Positions 9,997-19,878 of a stretch of DNA of 64,000 nt are shown here, piece after piece. The stretch is from positions 38,277-102,276 of the IMG/VR virus record IMGVR_UViG_3300027986_000008; one strand, given 5' to 3'. Numbering within the stretch: position 1 is the first letter of the stretch; every line of letters begins with the position of its first letter. The translations under genes and the position numbers were made by a program. The stretch comes from a virus (Duplodnaviria > Caudoviricetes). The notes beneath the pieces were generated by a model, which saw only the letters and a program-made list of their open reading frames with translations, ran no database searches and was not told the DNA's origin.

Positions 9997-12120
9997 GTGA
10001 AGAACGTAATCCAGGAATATCTCGTCAAGATCGGCTTCGATTCAGACGACCCGTCTCTGCGAAAGATGACGGGTACGCTCGAACACGTCGACAAGTCCGT
10101 CACCTCTCACACCGGAGGCATGACGAAGAGAATCCTGGAGTTCCAAGGTACGATCGTCGGAGCATTCACCTCCGTCTCCGCGGCGATCATCGGTACGGTC
10201 GATAAGGTCGCCATGGCCGATCAATCATACCGGCTCCTCGGCCTCCGGATGTTGATGACGACGGACAGCGCGCGCAAGATGGACATGATCACCAAGGCTC
10301 TCAGAGCAGACCTTGCGGAGATCGTGTGGGACCCGGAGCTTCATGCGCGAGCAGTTCAGATGGCTCAAGATATCGATCGGTGGAAGGAGTCTCTCGGAGG
10401 AGACTTTGAGGAGAAGATGCGCGGACTCCGCGATATCCGATTCGAGATCTCCCGGCTTTCTATAGCTGCCAAGTTCCTCTCGATGAGCTTCGTATCTCAC
10501 CTTGCCGAGAGACTAGGTATCGGAGACCTGGGAGCGAAGCTCCGTCAGTTCGTCGACGGATTAGATCCGGAGAAGATCAGCAAGTTTGCCGATATGCTCG
10601 CCTCTTATGCCGTTCCGGCACTGAAGGCGACGTGGACCATGATCACGCAGATGGTCGAGGTGCTGAAGTCTGCCGGATTGATGTTCACGAATTTCGTTGG
10701 CCTCCTCTCCGGAGACCGATCGATTCAAGGAGCCGAGTTCAGCTTCGAGCACTTGGCTGGGGCTATCGCTCACGTCGGCTCGTGGATGTCTCGGCTGTTC
10801 GGATGGATCGCTCACGCAGAGGAGATGCTAGCTCACTTCGCTTCCGCGCTATCTCTGACCTTATCCGGAAAATTCGGAGAAGCCGCCACAGAATTCAAGG
10901 CCGGTCTAAAGGACTTGACCGGTGGAAGCGGCTTACTCACCGGGATGGTGGGAGGAGCGGGAATCGGAGGATTGATCGGAACTCTTCACGGAGGAGCGGC
11001 CGGAGCAGCGGCTGGAGCCTTCTTGGGGCCTCCTGGAGCGATCGTAGGGGGACTCATAGGAGCAGGGACCGAGGCGACGGTTGGAACTGTTGCCGGGAGT
11101 GCTATCGGAGCCGGAATCGGAGCAGCTCTCGGAAAATTAAGGAAATGGTCCGGCATCGGCTCTACCGAGCAGCAACCCTCCCCAAGCCAGTCTTCAGTGG
11201 CTCCGGCCATCAAGCCTGCTCCGACCGTTCCGACTCCGGTAATATCCGGACCGCCGCAGCTGGAATCTCCGACCTTTCGCATCCTCGTTGCTCCTCCGGA
11301 GCAGCCGACAGCCGTTAAAAGTACTCCGGTTGAGCCGGAGAGGACGTATACGGCTGCGGAAGCCGTGCGGACCTCCGGAACTACGGACGGTCTGGTCGAT
11401 CGAATATCGGCTGCTATAACGCGGTACGAAGCCGGTACGAAGCCGAATCCGATCAGTATCAGGAACAACAATCCTGGGAATCTGCGGCCTTGGTGGAAAG
11501 GCTCCGGTCCGTTCCCCGTCGACGAGCACGGCTTCATCAAGTTTCCGGATTGGGATACCGGCATGCGCTACCTGCGAAAGCAGGTCGAACTCAACGCATC
11601 ACGAGGACTGACTCTGCGTGAGTTTTTCGGAGGAAAACGAGGCGTCTATTCGGGATATGCTCCGGCCGCTGACCGGAACAAGCCGGAGACGTACGCAGCT
11701 ACGGTCGGAGATTGGGTCGGCATAGACGTTAATACTCCGCTTAACCGTCTGATGAACTCATACTCTTCGGGCCTCGAAGCCTCACGTGCTCCGGCTCAAA
11801 AGATCTCTCAGTCTCCGATCGCCGCATCCTCTTTCGTCGCTCCAGACGATCGCCGAAATATTCAAGGTCCTAGCCCGATTCCGGCCCTGGATAGAGATTG
11901 GAGGTCCGTCATGGAAGACTTCCAGAGGCCGATCCCCTCATCATCTAATTCGAACGTTTCGAATAACCGTCAGGAGGTCCACGTGGACGTCGGCGGAATC
12001 CACATAATGAATCCTGGCGCAAATCCGGCTGAGATCAGCCGCGCCGTCGAGGATGGAGTGAAGCGTGCCTTAGACGGCCAGCTTTTGTCGGACATGACGC
12101 AGCTCTCTCCTCAGTTCTAG
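9997..12120 (+). CDS. tape measure protein with C-terminal lysozyme-like (RNNNPGNLR) domain
   Basis: IQEYLVKIGF N-terminus, helical body, Gly-rich hydrophobic segment, then SIRNNNPGNLR...F...YAPAADRN. Confidence 0.8.
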   Translation: MKNVIQEYLVKIGFDSDDPSLRKMTGTLEHVDKSVTSHTGGMTKRILEFQGTIVGAFTSVSAAIIGTVDKVAMADQSYRLLGLRMLMTTDSARKMDMITKALRADLAEIVWDPELHARAVQMAQDIDRWKESLGGDFEEKMRGLRDIRFEISRLSIAAKFLSMSFVSHLAERLGIGDLGAKLRQFVDGLDPEKISKFADMLASYAVPALKATWTMITQMVEVLKSAGLMFTNFVGLLSGDRSIQGAEFSFEHLAGAIAHVGSWMSRLFGWIAHAEEMLAHFASALSLTLSGKFGEAATEFKAGLKDLTGGSGLLTGMVGGAGIGGLIGTLHGGAAGAAAGAFLGPPGAIVGGLIGAGTEATVGTVAGSAIGAGIGAALGKLRKWSGIGSTEQQPSPSQSSVAPAIKPAPTVPTPVISGPPQLESPTFRILVAPPEQPTAVKSTPVEPERTYTAAEAVRTSGTTDGLVDRISAAITRYEAGTKPNPISIRNNNPGNLRPWWKGSGPFPVDEHGFIKFPDWDTGMRYLRKQVELNASRGLTLREFFGGKRGVYSGYAPAADRNKPETYAATVGDWVGIDVNTPLNRLMNSYSSGLEASRAPAQKISQSPIAASSFVAPDDRRNIQGPSPIPALDRDWRSVMEDFQRPIPSSSNSNVSNNRQEVHVDVGGIHIMNPGANPAEISRAVEDGVKRALDGQLLSDMTQLSPQF

Positions 12121-12132
12121 GACAAAATCCCG

Positions 12133-12930
12133 ATGGGAACTCCTTCCGTAACGGCTCTCTCGGCATTCAGCCAAATCTATTACGCAAGCGGCTCTGGGTT
12201 TGCGAACTCTATTCTCGGAGCGTTCGCATATCGTCCTCCGCAATGGGTTAAGTCTCAACCGGCTCTAGTTATGACGGTAGCCGATCAGACCTCCGGAACC
12301 ATAACGGCCTACGTCTTCGACGGCACTGAGAGAGCGGAGCATGAGCAGAGAGCCGTCATCACCCAGAATCCGATTCAGACCGGCGCGTCTCTCTCAGACC
12401 ACATGTACACCCTTCCTCCGGTCGTCACCGCCAACATCCTGATGAGCGACTGTATGCAGTCCTTCATCGCTGGACAGTTCGCTTCCGGTCCGTCAAGGAG
12501 CGTATCGGCATACCAAACTCTCGTCGATCTTCAGCAGAATCGGAAGCCGGTCTCGATCTCCACGCGGTTGAAGCAATACGACAATATGATGATCTCTTCG
12601 ATCATCACGGAAGAGACGAAGGATACCCTCTATGGACTGAGGGCGACGGTCACTTTCCAGAAAATCCTCACGGCCTCAATCGAGATCGTATCCTCGACGG
12701 TAAACTTCAACGTCAACCCTCTCACTTCCGAATTTCCGCAGCAGACCGGAGCCACGATCGGAGGTCAAGCGCAATCGACTCAGGTTCCGACTGGGATCTT
12801 CAACCAGAACAACGTATCGGGTTTGCTCGCGACAACGTTGGCATCCGTTCCGAAGGTTCCGGGAGCCGGAGTATGGACGAGCACCGGTAGCGGAGTTCTC
12901 ACGCAAATGGTGTCTGGATTGGGACACTAA
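12133..12930 (+). CDS. Dit-like baseplate/tail-tube initiator protein
   Basis: EHEQRAVITQNPIQTGASLSDH ... AYQTL ... TRLKQYDNMMI motif; position after the tape measure. Confidence 0.8.
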   Translation: MGTPSVTALSAFSQIYYASGSGFANSILGAFAYRPPQWVKSQPALVMTVADQTSGTITAYVFDGTERAEHEQRAVITQNPIQTGASLSDHMYTLPPVVTANILMSDCMQSFIAGQFASGPSRSVSAYQTLVDLQQNRKPVSISTRLKQYDNMMISSIITEETKDTLYGLRATVTFQKILTASIEIVSSTVNFNVNPLTSEFPQQTGATIGGQAQSTQVPTGIFNQNNVSGLLATTLASVPKVPGAGVWTSTGSGVLTQMVSGLGH

Positions 12931-13265
12931 TGTCGGCTCAACTCGTCCCGCTCACCATCGCTCCAAACCAGAGTTTTCCGGTGAGCCTCAGCGTCAACGG
13001 AAACGTAATCATCCTGAATCTCAAGTTGAGATATAACAGCCAGGGTCAGTTCTGGACCCTCGACATCGCGGACAGGCTGAACAATGCTCTCATCTCCTCG
13101 GTGCCTCTAATCACTGGAGTGTGGCCCTCCGGTAATATCCTCGGTCCGTTCGAGTACATGCAGATCGGCTCGGCATTCATCATAAACGCGAACGGAGCGC
13201 TCACCGATTGGCCGGACGACTCTAACCTCGGGAGCGGATTCGTCCTGCTCTGGGATGACAATTAA
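12930..13265 (+). CDS. small baseplate protein (DUF6983-like)
   Basis: 111 aa; LRYN..FWTLDI..VPLITG; synteny. Confidence 0.7.
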   Translation: MSAQLVPLTIAPNQSFPVSLSVNGNVIILNLKLRYNSQGQFWTLDIADRLNNALISSVPLITGVWPSGNILGPFEYMQIGSAFIINANGALTDWPDDSNLGSGFVLLWDDN

Positions 13266-13268
13266 CCC

Positions 13269-14369
13269 ATGGCTTCTCCGGCTCAACCATCTCCGGCCCA
13301 GGCTGTTCCGTTCTTCGGCCGCGCTTGGTCGATCGGAATCGATACTGCTGACGGTAGCCATTACGTGGTTCGCAGCTCCGTCGGAAAGGGGGAAGACCCT
13401 CTCCGCGTCAGGTTCTCGGTGAACACCTTCATGCTTCTTGCGTACTGGACCGCCGATGTGACGATCTATAACATGAGGTCGGACGTTGCGCAGAGCATCA
13501 TAAGCCAGGGATCTATCGATCTCCAAAACTTTTGGAAGTATAACCAGAACGTCCAATTGGGGGACTCTCTGACGTTGAGTGCTGGTTATAGCGGAGACTC
13601 CGGAACGACCTTCGATGCGGATGCCAATCTTCTCTTCTCCGGGCAGGTCATCCAGCCTGTGTGGACGAGGGAGAGGGTTGTCGATTTCTGCTTGACGCTT
13701 CGCTGCGTCACCGGTCTCCTTCAGGATGCCTTCAACTATGCCAGTTTCCCTCTCTCTAAGGGAGCGACTGCTTACGACACGGTAACGAAGCTCTGCAACC
13801 AGTGCAGCATTTCTCAAGAAAATATCGATCCGGCCTCGAAGGCCGCTCTTACTCAGTCCAAGGCACCTCGCGGACAAGTCGTATTCGGTCGTCCATACGA
13901 GACCATCCGCCAGATCGCGAAGCAGAATAACCTCTCCGCATGGATAAGTCCGAACGGGCTGAACATTAGATCATTTGATCCGAAGAAGCCACCTCCAGAT
14001 CCGGACTATGCGTATGGACCGGCAAATTTAAGCGGAGCCTATACGACGTCCGGAACCCAACAGGGAATCGTGAAGAATACACTGCTCGGAACTCCGGAGC
14101 AGACTCAGAATGGCGTGATCTTTCGAGTTGAGCTTGACTCCTCCGTCAAGATCGGAGACACGGTTCAGCTGGCTCCTGGAACTCTCATAAGCCCGTTTCC
14201 GGTTCAGATCGGAGCATTGCCTCCGGTGCCGAGCCGAAATGGAATTTACGTCGTAGCTGGCGTCAAGCATTCCGGTGATTCGAGGGGACGTGGAGATGAT
14301 TGGGTGACGGAGATAACCGGAGTTACGATGGACTTCTTCGCAGATTTCTTACAGGCGCACAATGGGTAG
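13269..14369 (+). CDS. baseplate hub protein
   Basis: ADVTIYNM, LSAGY, LFSGQV, LLGTPEQT, GDSRG..W motifs. Confidence 0.8.
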   Translation: MASPAQPSPAQAVPFFGRAWSIGIDTADGSHYVVRSSVGKGEDPLRVRFSVNTFMLLAYWTADVTIYNMRSDVAQSIISQGSIDLQNFWKYNQNVQLGDSLTLSAGYSGDSGTTFDADANLLFSGQVIQPVWTRERVVDFCLTLRCVTGLLQDAFNYASFPLSKGATAYDTVTKLCNQCSISQENIDPASKAALTQSKAPRGQVVFGRPYETIRQIAKQNNLSAWISPNGLNIRSFDPKKPPPDPDYAYGPANLSGAYTTSGTQQGIVKNTLLGTPEQTQNGVIFRVELDSSVKIGDTVQLAPGTLISPFPVQIGALPPVPSRNGIYVVAGVKHSGDSRGRGDDWVTEITGVTMDFFADFLQAHNG

Positions 14370-15048
14370 CGGAAATTTTGGACTCGGACTAGATCAGAGG
14401 CTCTTGCCTTCGATCGCACGTTCTCAACGATTCTTAGATTCCCTCCTTCAAGCCATGAGGTGTGCGGTTCCGGCGATCGTCCAGTCTTTCTCGGCCGGAC
14501 CTCCGGCGACGGTATCGGTAGTCATCGCGACGAATGAATTGGTCACGAAGGCATTAGATGACGATCCGTTCTCGGTGCAGAGCGAGGCTCTTCAGATTCC
14601 GGTTCTTACGGACGTTCCCATTTTGATTCCCTCTGCTGGAGGCTTCAGCTTTACGGTTCCGATAACGCAGGGTGACGAGGTTCTGCTAGTATTCTCAGAT
14701 ACGGAGATCGACTCGTGGCTTCAATCCGGAGGAATGAATAACCATCCGACGTCCCAGAGAAGGCATAATCTTTCAGACGCCGTCGCAATAGTCGGATTGA
14801 GATCTGCTCCGCGAGCGCTCTCCTCCTACTCAACCACTTCTGCACAGGTGAGGAGCGACGACGGCACGGTGGTAATCGACCTTAAGCCGGATCAGATCTC
14901 TGTAACAGCCCCCACGGTGCTTGTGACCGGGAGCACGACCGTTACGATCTCGGGAAACAACACTACCTCGATCGACGGTAAAGATTTTCTTCTCCACAAG
15001 CACAGCGGAGTTGCGGCCGGTTTAGCGACGACCGGGCCGGTGGTATAA
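14362..15048 (+). CDS. baseplate spike (Gp138-like)
   Basis: PAIVQSF, GDEVLLVFSD..IDSW, RRHNLSDA, C-terminal HKH metal-binding tip. Confidence 0.9.
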   Translation: MGSGNFGLGLDQRLLPSIARSQRFLDSLLQAMRCAVPAIVQSFSAGPPATVSVVIATNELVTKALDDDPFSVQSEALQIPVLTDVPILIPSAGGFSFTVPITQGDEVLLVFSDTEIDSWLQSGGMNNHPTSQRRHNLSDAVAIVGLRSAPRALSSYSTTSAQVRSDDGTVVIDLKPDQISVTAPTVLVTGSTTVTISGNNTTSIDGKDFLLHKHSGVAAGLATTGPVV

Positions 15049-15429
15049 ATGGCGACGATCATCGTGAGAGCGCTCGACAAAAACGGAGATCCACTCCGCG
15101 GTAACGGGCTTGCCAACTTCGTTTCAGATTCCGATGCTATAGCGCAGATCATCTCGACTCGGCTCCAGCTTCTCCAGGGCGAATGGTTTGAGAACACGGC
15201 CGACGGAACTCCGTTGTTTCAGCAACTTCTCGGACACCCGATCACGTCGGAAGCCGTCGCTCTGATTCTCCGGACGCGCATCCTCGGTACGCCGTACGTA
15301 ACCGAAATCTCGAACATCTCAGTTCAGTATGGGAGGGCGAGGAGAACATTCGCTTTCTCTGCTCTCGTTCAAACACAGTTCGGTCTCGTAAGCGTAACGA
15401 ATCAGATTCCATCATTGACGAATTCGTGA
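15049..15429 (+). CDS. baseplate wedge/sheath initiator (gp25-like)
   Basis: RALDKNGD...TRLQLLQGEWF...G.P; synteny. Confidence 0.8.
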   Translation: MATIIVRALDKNGDPLRGNGLANFVSDSDAIAQIISTRLQLLQGEWFENTADGTPLFQQLLGHPITSEAVALILRTRILGTPYVTEISNISVQYGRARRTFAFSALVQTQFGLVSVTNQIPSLTNS

Positions 15430-15436
15430 AAAGCTA

Positions 15437-17008
15437 ATGAGCTACGTTCCTCCCGCAATCGGCTCGTCCGGCCTGACGATTCCGCAATATACAGAAGTCC
15501 GCGACAACTTGGTCGCGTCATTTCTGTCCATATTCGGATCAGCCTCATACCTCGGTAATGACTCGCTCGACTACCAAGATATTGCCGTCAGGGCCAAGGC
15601 TATATCGGACGTCCTCCAGGCTCTTCAGGCCGTCTATCTCTCGTATAATCCGCAGACGGCGATCGGAACGAACCTCGATCTTATCGGCCGATTGATAGGA
15701 ACTCCGCGAAAGGGGGCGTCGTTCTCAACCGTCGTTCTGACGCTCTCTGGGACTGCCGGTTCAGTGATCACGAACGGGATCGCGAAGGACATAAGCGGAC
15801 AATTCTGGGACCTTCCATCATCGGTGGTGATCGGTGGAGGAGGGACGGCGACGGCAACCGCGACGGCTCAGAACATCGGAAACGTCACGGCCAACATCGG
15901 AGACGTTCAGATCATCGCGACTCCGACTCTCGGATGGACGAGCGTCACGAACGCGGTTCCGGCCGTGGTCGGATTGCCGGTTGAGCCGGACTCGACCTAT
16001 CGAGCGCGCCTGCTGATCTCTCAGGCCGAGCCTTCGCTTACGCTTTTGGCTGGCTCCGTCGCTGGAGTAGCAGCCGTTCCTGGAGTAACGCGCTCCGTCG
16101 TATACGAGAATCCGCAAGGGTTCACGGCAAGCTCCGGACTATGCAGTACCTCCGGAACGTCCGTAACCGGCTTGACCGGCTATCCAACCGATTCTTCCGA
16201 CGATGCGCAGAGTATAACGATCAGCGGAGTATCGTACACGATATCTGCGGCCTCCGGATCATCTCTTACGCTCACGTCATCCGCTGGCACTCAGACATTA
16301 GTTCCGTACTCGATCGGATCGGCTGGAACACTCGGACCGGCTCACTCGATAACAGCCGTAGTCGAGGGAGGAGCATCCTCAGCGGTCGCTCAAGCGATCT
16401 ACAATAATCGCGGAATCGGTTGCCTCACCAATGGGACGACGAGCGTGACCGTCACTGATCCTCTGAATCCGGCCATAACGATGGTGATCTCTTTCGACGT
16501 GGTGGCCTATCTACCGATATGGGTTCAGATCCTCGTCCATCCACTTCCCGGATTCACGAGCGCTACTCAAGCAGCCATTGCTCAGGACGTAGTGAACTAT
16601 CTAAATTCGCTTAGTATTGGTGAGAATGTCGTCTTCAGTGAGGTATACGGCTCCTGCTTGAATGCTCGACCGAACCCTACCGTTCCTCTTTTTTCGATCC
16701 GCGGCTTCGGCGTCTCCGCGATGGTCGTGGAGACGACCGGCACACTCAACGGAACGACGGCTGTTACGCTCGCGAGCGGAACCTCTACGGCAAATGGTCA
16801 GATCGTCTCCGGCAACGGGATCGTTCCCGGAACGACGGTCGCATCCGGAGGAGGAACGACGTCAATCGTGTTGAGTGCGGCGGCAACGATAACGGCCTCC
16901 GGAGTTCCGCTTCAATTCTTCACTCCTCTCGGAGTCATAGACATATCAATGCCATTTAACTCGGCAGCGCAAGGAACTCTTCTCAACACGTTGGTGTCGA
17001 CTACGTAA
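15437..17008 (+). CDS. baseplate J/gp47-like wedge protein with inserted beta domains
   Basis: P.TA.G..LD, GWTSVTN, E.D..YRAR, VYEN, HSITAVVEGG motifs. Confidence 0.85.
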   Translation: MSYVPPAIGSSGLTIPQYTEVRDNLVASFLSIFGSASYLGNDSLDYQDIAVRAKAISDVLQALQAVYLSYNPQTAIGTNLDLIGRLIGTPRKGASFSTVVLTLSGTAGSVITNGIAKDISGQFWDLPSSVVIGGGGTATATATAQNIGNVTANIGDVQIIATPTLGWTSVTNAVPAVVGLPVEPDSTYRARLLISQAEPSLTLLAGSVAGVAAVPGVTRSVVYENPQGFTASSGLCSTSGTSVTGLTGYPTDSSDDAQSITISGVSYTISAASGSSLTLTSSAGTQTLVPYSIGSAGTLGPAHSITAVVEGGASSAVAQAIYNNRGIGCLTNGTTSVTVTDPLNPAITMVISFDVVAYLPIWVQILVHPLPGFTSATQAAIAQDVVNYLNSLSIGENVVFSEVYGSCLNARPNPTVPLFSIRGFGVSAMVVETTGTLNGTTAVTLASGTSTANGQIVSGNGIVPGTTVASGGGTTSIVLSAAATITASGVPLQFFTPLGVIDISMPFNSAAQGTLLNTLVSTT

Positions 17009-17034
17009 ACGCTTAATCTGGAGAAACGATCATC

Positions 17035-17442
17035 ATGGGCAACACGCAACTTGCAGACGCGTCCGCGAATGCCGGAGTTAATGCTCTCGCAGCTCTCGCG
17101 AATAGCGGCTTTCTGAAGATCTACACCGGACCGCAACCGGCAAACGGAAACACGGCGATAACGACGCAGACGCTCCTCGCATCGCTCGCTTTATCCGCGA
17201 CCGCATTCGGCTCTGCTGCGGCTGGAGTCGCGACGGCAAATGCGATTACGAATGCCGTAGCTGCGGCCACCGGAGCTGCCGCGTGGTTCCGAGTATTTAA
17301 GTCGGACGGCACGACGGCCTTATGGGACGGAAACGTCTCAACGTCGGGCGCGAACTTGAACCTCAACTCAACCTCTATCCAGTCCGGAGCTACGGTCTCG
17401 GTGACGTCGTTCACGTTCACGCTTCTCGAAGCCGGGAGTTAA
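17035..17442 (+). CDS. small virion structural protein
   Basis: LKIYTGPQPA...LLASL...AAWFR...DG.V..SGA.L.L motif common in phage tail regions. Confidence 0.65.
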   Translation: MGNTQLADASANAGVNALAALANSGFLKIYTGPQPANGNTAITTQTLLASLALSATAFGSAAAGVATANAITNAVAAATGAAAWFRVFKSDGTTALWDGNVSTSGANLNLNSTSIQSGATVSVTSFTFTLLEAGS

Positions 17443-17457
17443 TACCCTTAAGATCCC

Positions 17458-18450
17458 ATGTCATCTCAAACGTGGAGTGCGGCCGGAAGTTATACCTGGA
17501 CCTGTCCGTCCGGCGTGACTCACGTTCAGGTAGAGTGTTGGGGTCCGGGAGGAAACGGAGGAAACTTTCAGTTAGTCGGAGGCGTCGGTCCGCTTGGTTT
17601 CGGTGGTGGAGGTGGTGGAGGTGGTGGATATGCAAAGGTCAATGCGGCTTCAGTGGTTCCCGGTACCGTTTACTCTGTGTTCGTTGCCGGAGCCGGTAGC
17701 GGCCAACAGACCTCGTTTGCCTCGACCGTCTGCATAGGAGATTTCGGCCTCGTTGGACAAATCGGAACCGATAACAATCCGGACGGAGGTTTCGGAGGTT
17801 CCGGGGGAACGAACAATACCGGAGACTCTACGATCAACGGAGCCTCTGGAACGAACGGAGGAGGCCGCGGACAATGGGGCACCGGTAATCAACAAGGAGG
17901 AAACGGAGGAGCTGGAGGCAATGGAGGTAATGGAGGAGCCGGAGGCGGAACTCTCGGAACGAATACCCCGCAACCCGGTGTATCTCCCGGTGGCGGAGGT
18001 GGCGGTGGCGATGCTGATTTCAGTACCCTCGGAGCCTCCGGTTCAGACGGACAGATAACGCTTACATGGACCCAGGTATTCTCAGGTCCAGCCTCCTCGA
18101 CCACAGCTTCGCAGACTTCTGGTTCTGGCCAAGAGATCTTCGCTGGAGCCGCGGACTCACGGACGTCTACTGCCGTTGTCGCGTCTGGCCAAGAGACGTT
18201 CTCCGGAACGGTTCATAGCGTTGCCTTAGTTCAGACTTCCGGCTCTGGAGGTATACCTGGGTTGGTGTTGGGAGCGGGAGGATCAACTATTTCTTGTTCA
18301 TCCTCTGGAACCGGGACGTACACTTCGCTCGCGATATCAGGAACGGGAGCGAGCAGTATATCACCGTCCCAATCAGGAGTCGGGAGAAGTTCGAACCTTT
18401 CTCGGTGGATCGACCTCATAACATCGGAGTATCAGATTGCCAGCTCCTAA
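17458..18450 (+). CDS. glycine-rich tail protein ending in the N-terminus of a DUF2612 domain
   Basis: WTCPSGVT.VQVECWGPGG Gly-rich domain; ends WIDLITSEYQIASS*. Confidence 0.7.
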   Translation: MSSQTWSAAGSYTWTCPSGVTHVQVECWGPGGNGGNFQLVGGVGPLGFGGGGGGGGGYAKVNAASVVPGTVYSVFVAGAGSGQQTSFASTVCIGDFGLVGQIGTDNNPDGGFGGSGGTNNTGDSTINGASGTNGGGRGQWGTGNQQGGNGGAGGNGGNGGAGGGTLGTNTPQPGVSPGGGGGGGDADFSTLGASGSDGQITLTWTQVFSGPASSTTASQTSGSGQEIFAGAADSRTSTAVVASGQETFSGTVHSVALVQTSGSGGIPGLVLGAGGSTISCSSSGTGTYTSLAISGTGASSISPSQSGVGRSSNLSRWIDLITSEYQIASS

Positions 18451-18955
18451 AAATATCGCGTGGCTCGCTGCGAACCTCCAGCCATTGGACGACATCCTAA
18501 ATTGCCTGCTCCAATTTCCGGCTGCGTTCGACATCAATACAGCTATCGGAGTTCAACTCGACACGATAGGTGTGATCGTCGGACAGTCACGCACGGTGGG
18601 ATTCCAGCCGAGCGGATCGGTCAGTCCGACTCTCGATGATCCTACGTACCGTCTACTTCTCCGAGCAAGGATTTATCAGAATCACTGGACCGGTAAGATG
18701 GACGCCCTCCTCAACATCTGGAGGAATCTATTCCCAGGAGGAACGCTCATCGTCAACGATCACCAGGACATGACGGTTGCGATCTTCGTTGCCGGATCAT
18801 TCAGCTCGATCATTCAGGACCTAATTCTGAATGGCTATATCATTCCTCGTCCTCAGGGAGTCCTCTACACGATAACGATGGCAACGCTTCCGATGCTCGG
18901 ATTCGATCGCAACGATGCCTACGTTGCCGGTTGGGACACCGGAAAGTACATCTAG
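18437..18955 (+). CDS. DUF2612-like baseplate wedge protein (N-terminus lies in the upstream frame)
   Basis: FDINTAIGVQLDTIG.IVG.SR, LDDPTYR.LLRARI..NHW.G, DHQDMT, PRPQGV. Confidence 0.8.
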   Translation: MPAPKNIAWLAANLQPLDDILNCLLQFPAAFDINTAIGVQLDTIGVIVGQSRTVGFQPSGSVSPTLDDPTYRLLLRARIYQNHWTGKMDALLNIWRNLFPGGTLIVNDHQDMTVAIFVAGSFSSIIQDLILNGYIIPRPQGVLYTITMATLPMLGFDRNDAYVAGWDTGKYI

Positions 18956-18956
18956 T

Positions 18957-19868
18957 ATGTCATCTAATTTTTTGCAGTGGAATCCGACGGCGGCGAATCA
19001 GGAGAGCGACTCGACGTACAACGCAGACGCGCTAAGAACCGGAGGGGCGACGACCGGAGCGATCCTGCCGTCTAATCTCGACAACAAGTTCCGCTTCCAG
19101 ACCTCCACATTCGTCGCCGCTCTCGCTCAGGCTCTGGCGAACAAGGGCTATAACCTGTCCGACGCCGTCTTCTCGACACTCGTCACCGTCCTCTCAAACA
19201 TAAAGACGTCGGCTGATTTTCCGGCCTCTCAGATTCTCGTTCCCTATGCCACGTCGATGGTGTTCGACGCAGCCCAGTCGTTTCAGTTCGTCGTAGCGCT
19301 TACCGGGAACGTGTCCGCCGCGTCTCTAATAAATATAGCCGTCGGGCAGCAGTTGCTCTTCATCTGGGAGCAGGATGGCGTCGGCTCCAGAACGTTTCCC
19401 ACGATGACGGCATCTGGATATACCTGGGTCGGCCAGGGAGCTATCTGCCCGATCGCGAGCAGCGTCAGCCTCCAATTCTTTGACGTCGTCTCAGGAACCG
19501 GCCTCGAAGGTCCGCTGATCATTCCGATAACACCTATGATGTGGCTTTCCGGAGGCGGCATCATCACGCTCACCGATACGTCCGTCATATCGACGAGCGT
19601 TAGCGGAACGGTCGCGTCTGGGTTCCGAGAGATCACGGAGAAGGTAGATGCGAGCGGCGGTACCGTCACAAGGACGTTCTTTTCGGCGAATCCATCGCGC
19701 ACTGGCGTGAAGATCAATATAAAGAAGATGGACTCATCGCAAAATGCCGTGGTGCCGACAGCGGCAGGCGGACAGTTCATCGACGGAGCGTTCGCAAACT
19801 TCCCGATCTCCGTCCAGTACAATTCTCTCACGTTCCAATGCGACGGTTCCGGCTGGATTCTGATTTGA
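18957..19868 (+). CDS. tail fibre (baseplate-anchored, no signal peptide)
   Basis: NFLQWNP..N...Y.A..LRTGG..G...S...NK...Q...VAALAQ anchor domain; KKMDSSQN..V, DGSGW. Confidence 0.75.
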   Translation: MSSNFLQWNPTAANQESDSTYNADALRTGGATTGAILPSNLDNKFRFQTSTFVAALAQALANKGYNLSDAVFSTLVTVLSNIKTSADFPASQILVPYATSMVFDAAQSFQFVVALTGNVSAASLINIAVGQQLLFIWEQDGVGSRTFPTMTASGYTWVGQGAICPIASSVSLQFFDVVSGTGLEGPLIIPITPMMWLSGGGIITLTDTSVISTSVSGTVASGFREITEKVDASGGTVTRTFFSANPSRTGVKINIKKMDSSQNAVVPTAAGGQFIDGAFANFPISVQYNSLTFQCDGSGWILI

Positions 19869-19878
19869 GGATAACGTC

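Noticed and set aside
7468-19868. Tailocin, eCIS or T6SS locus
   Set aside because: Neck genes plus full phage replication and recombination modules are present; gene families are myovirus-type
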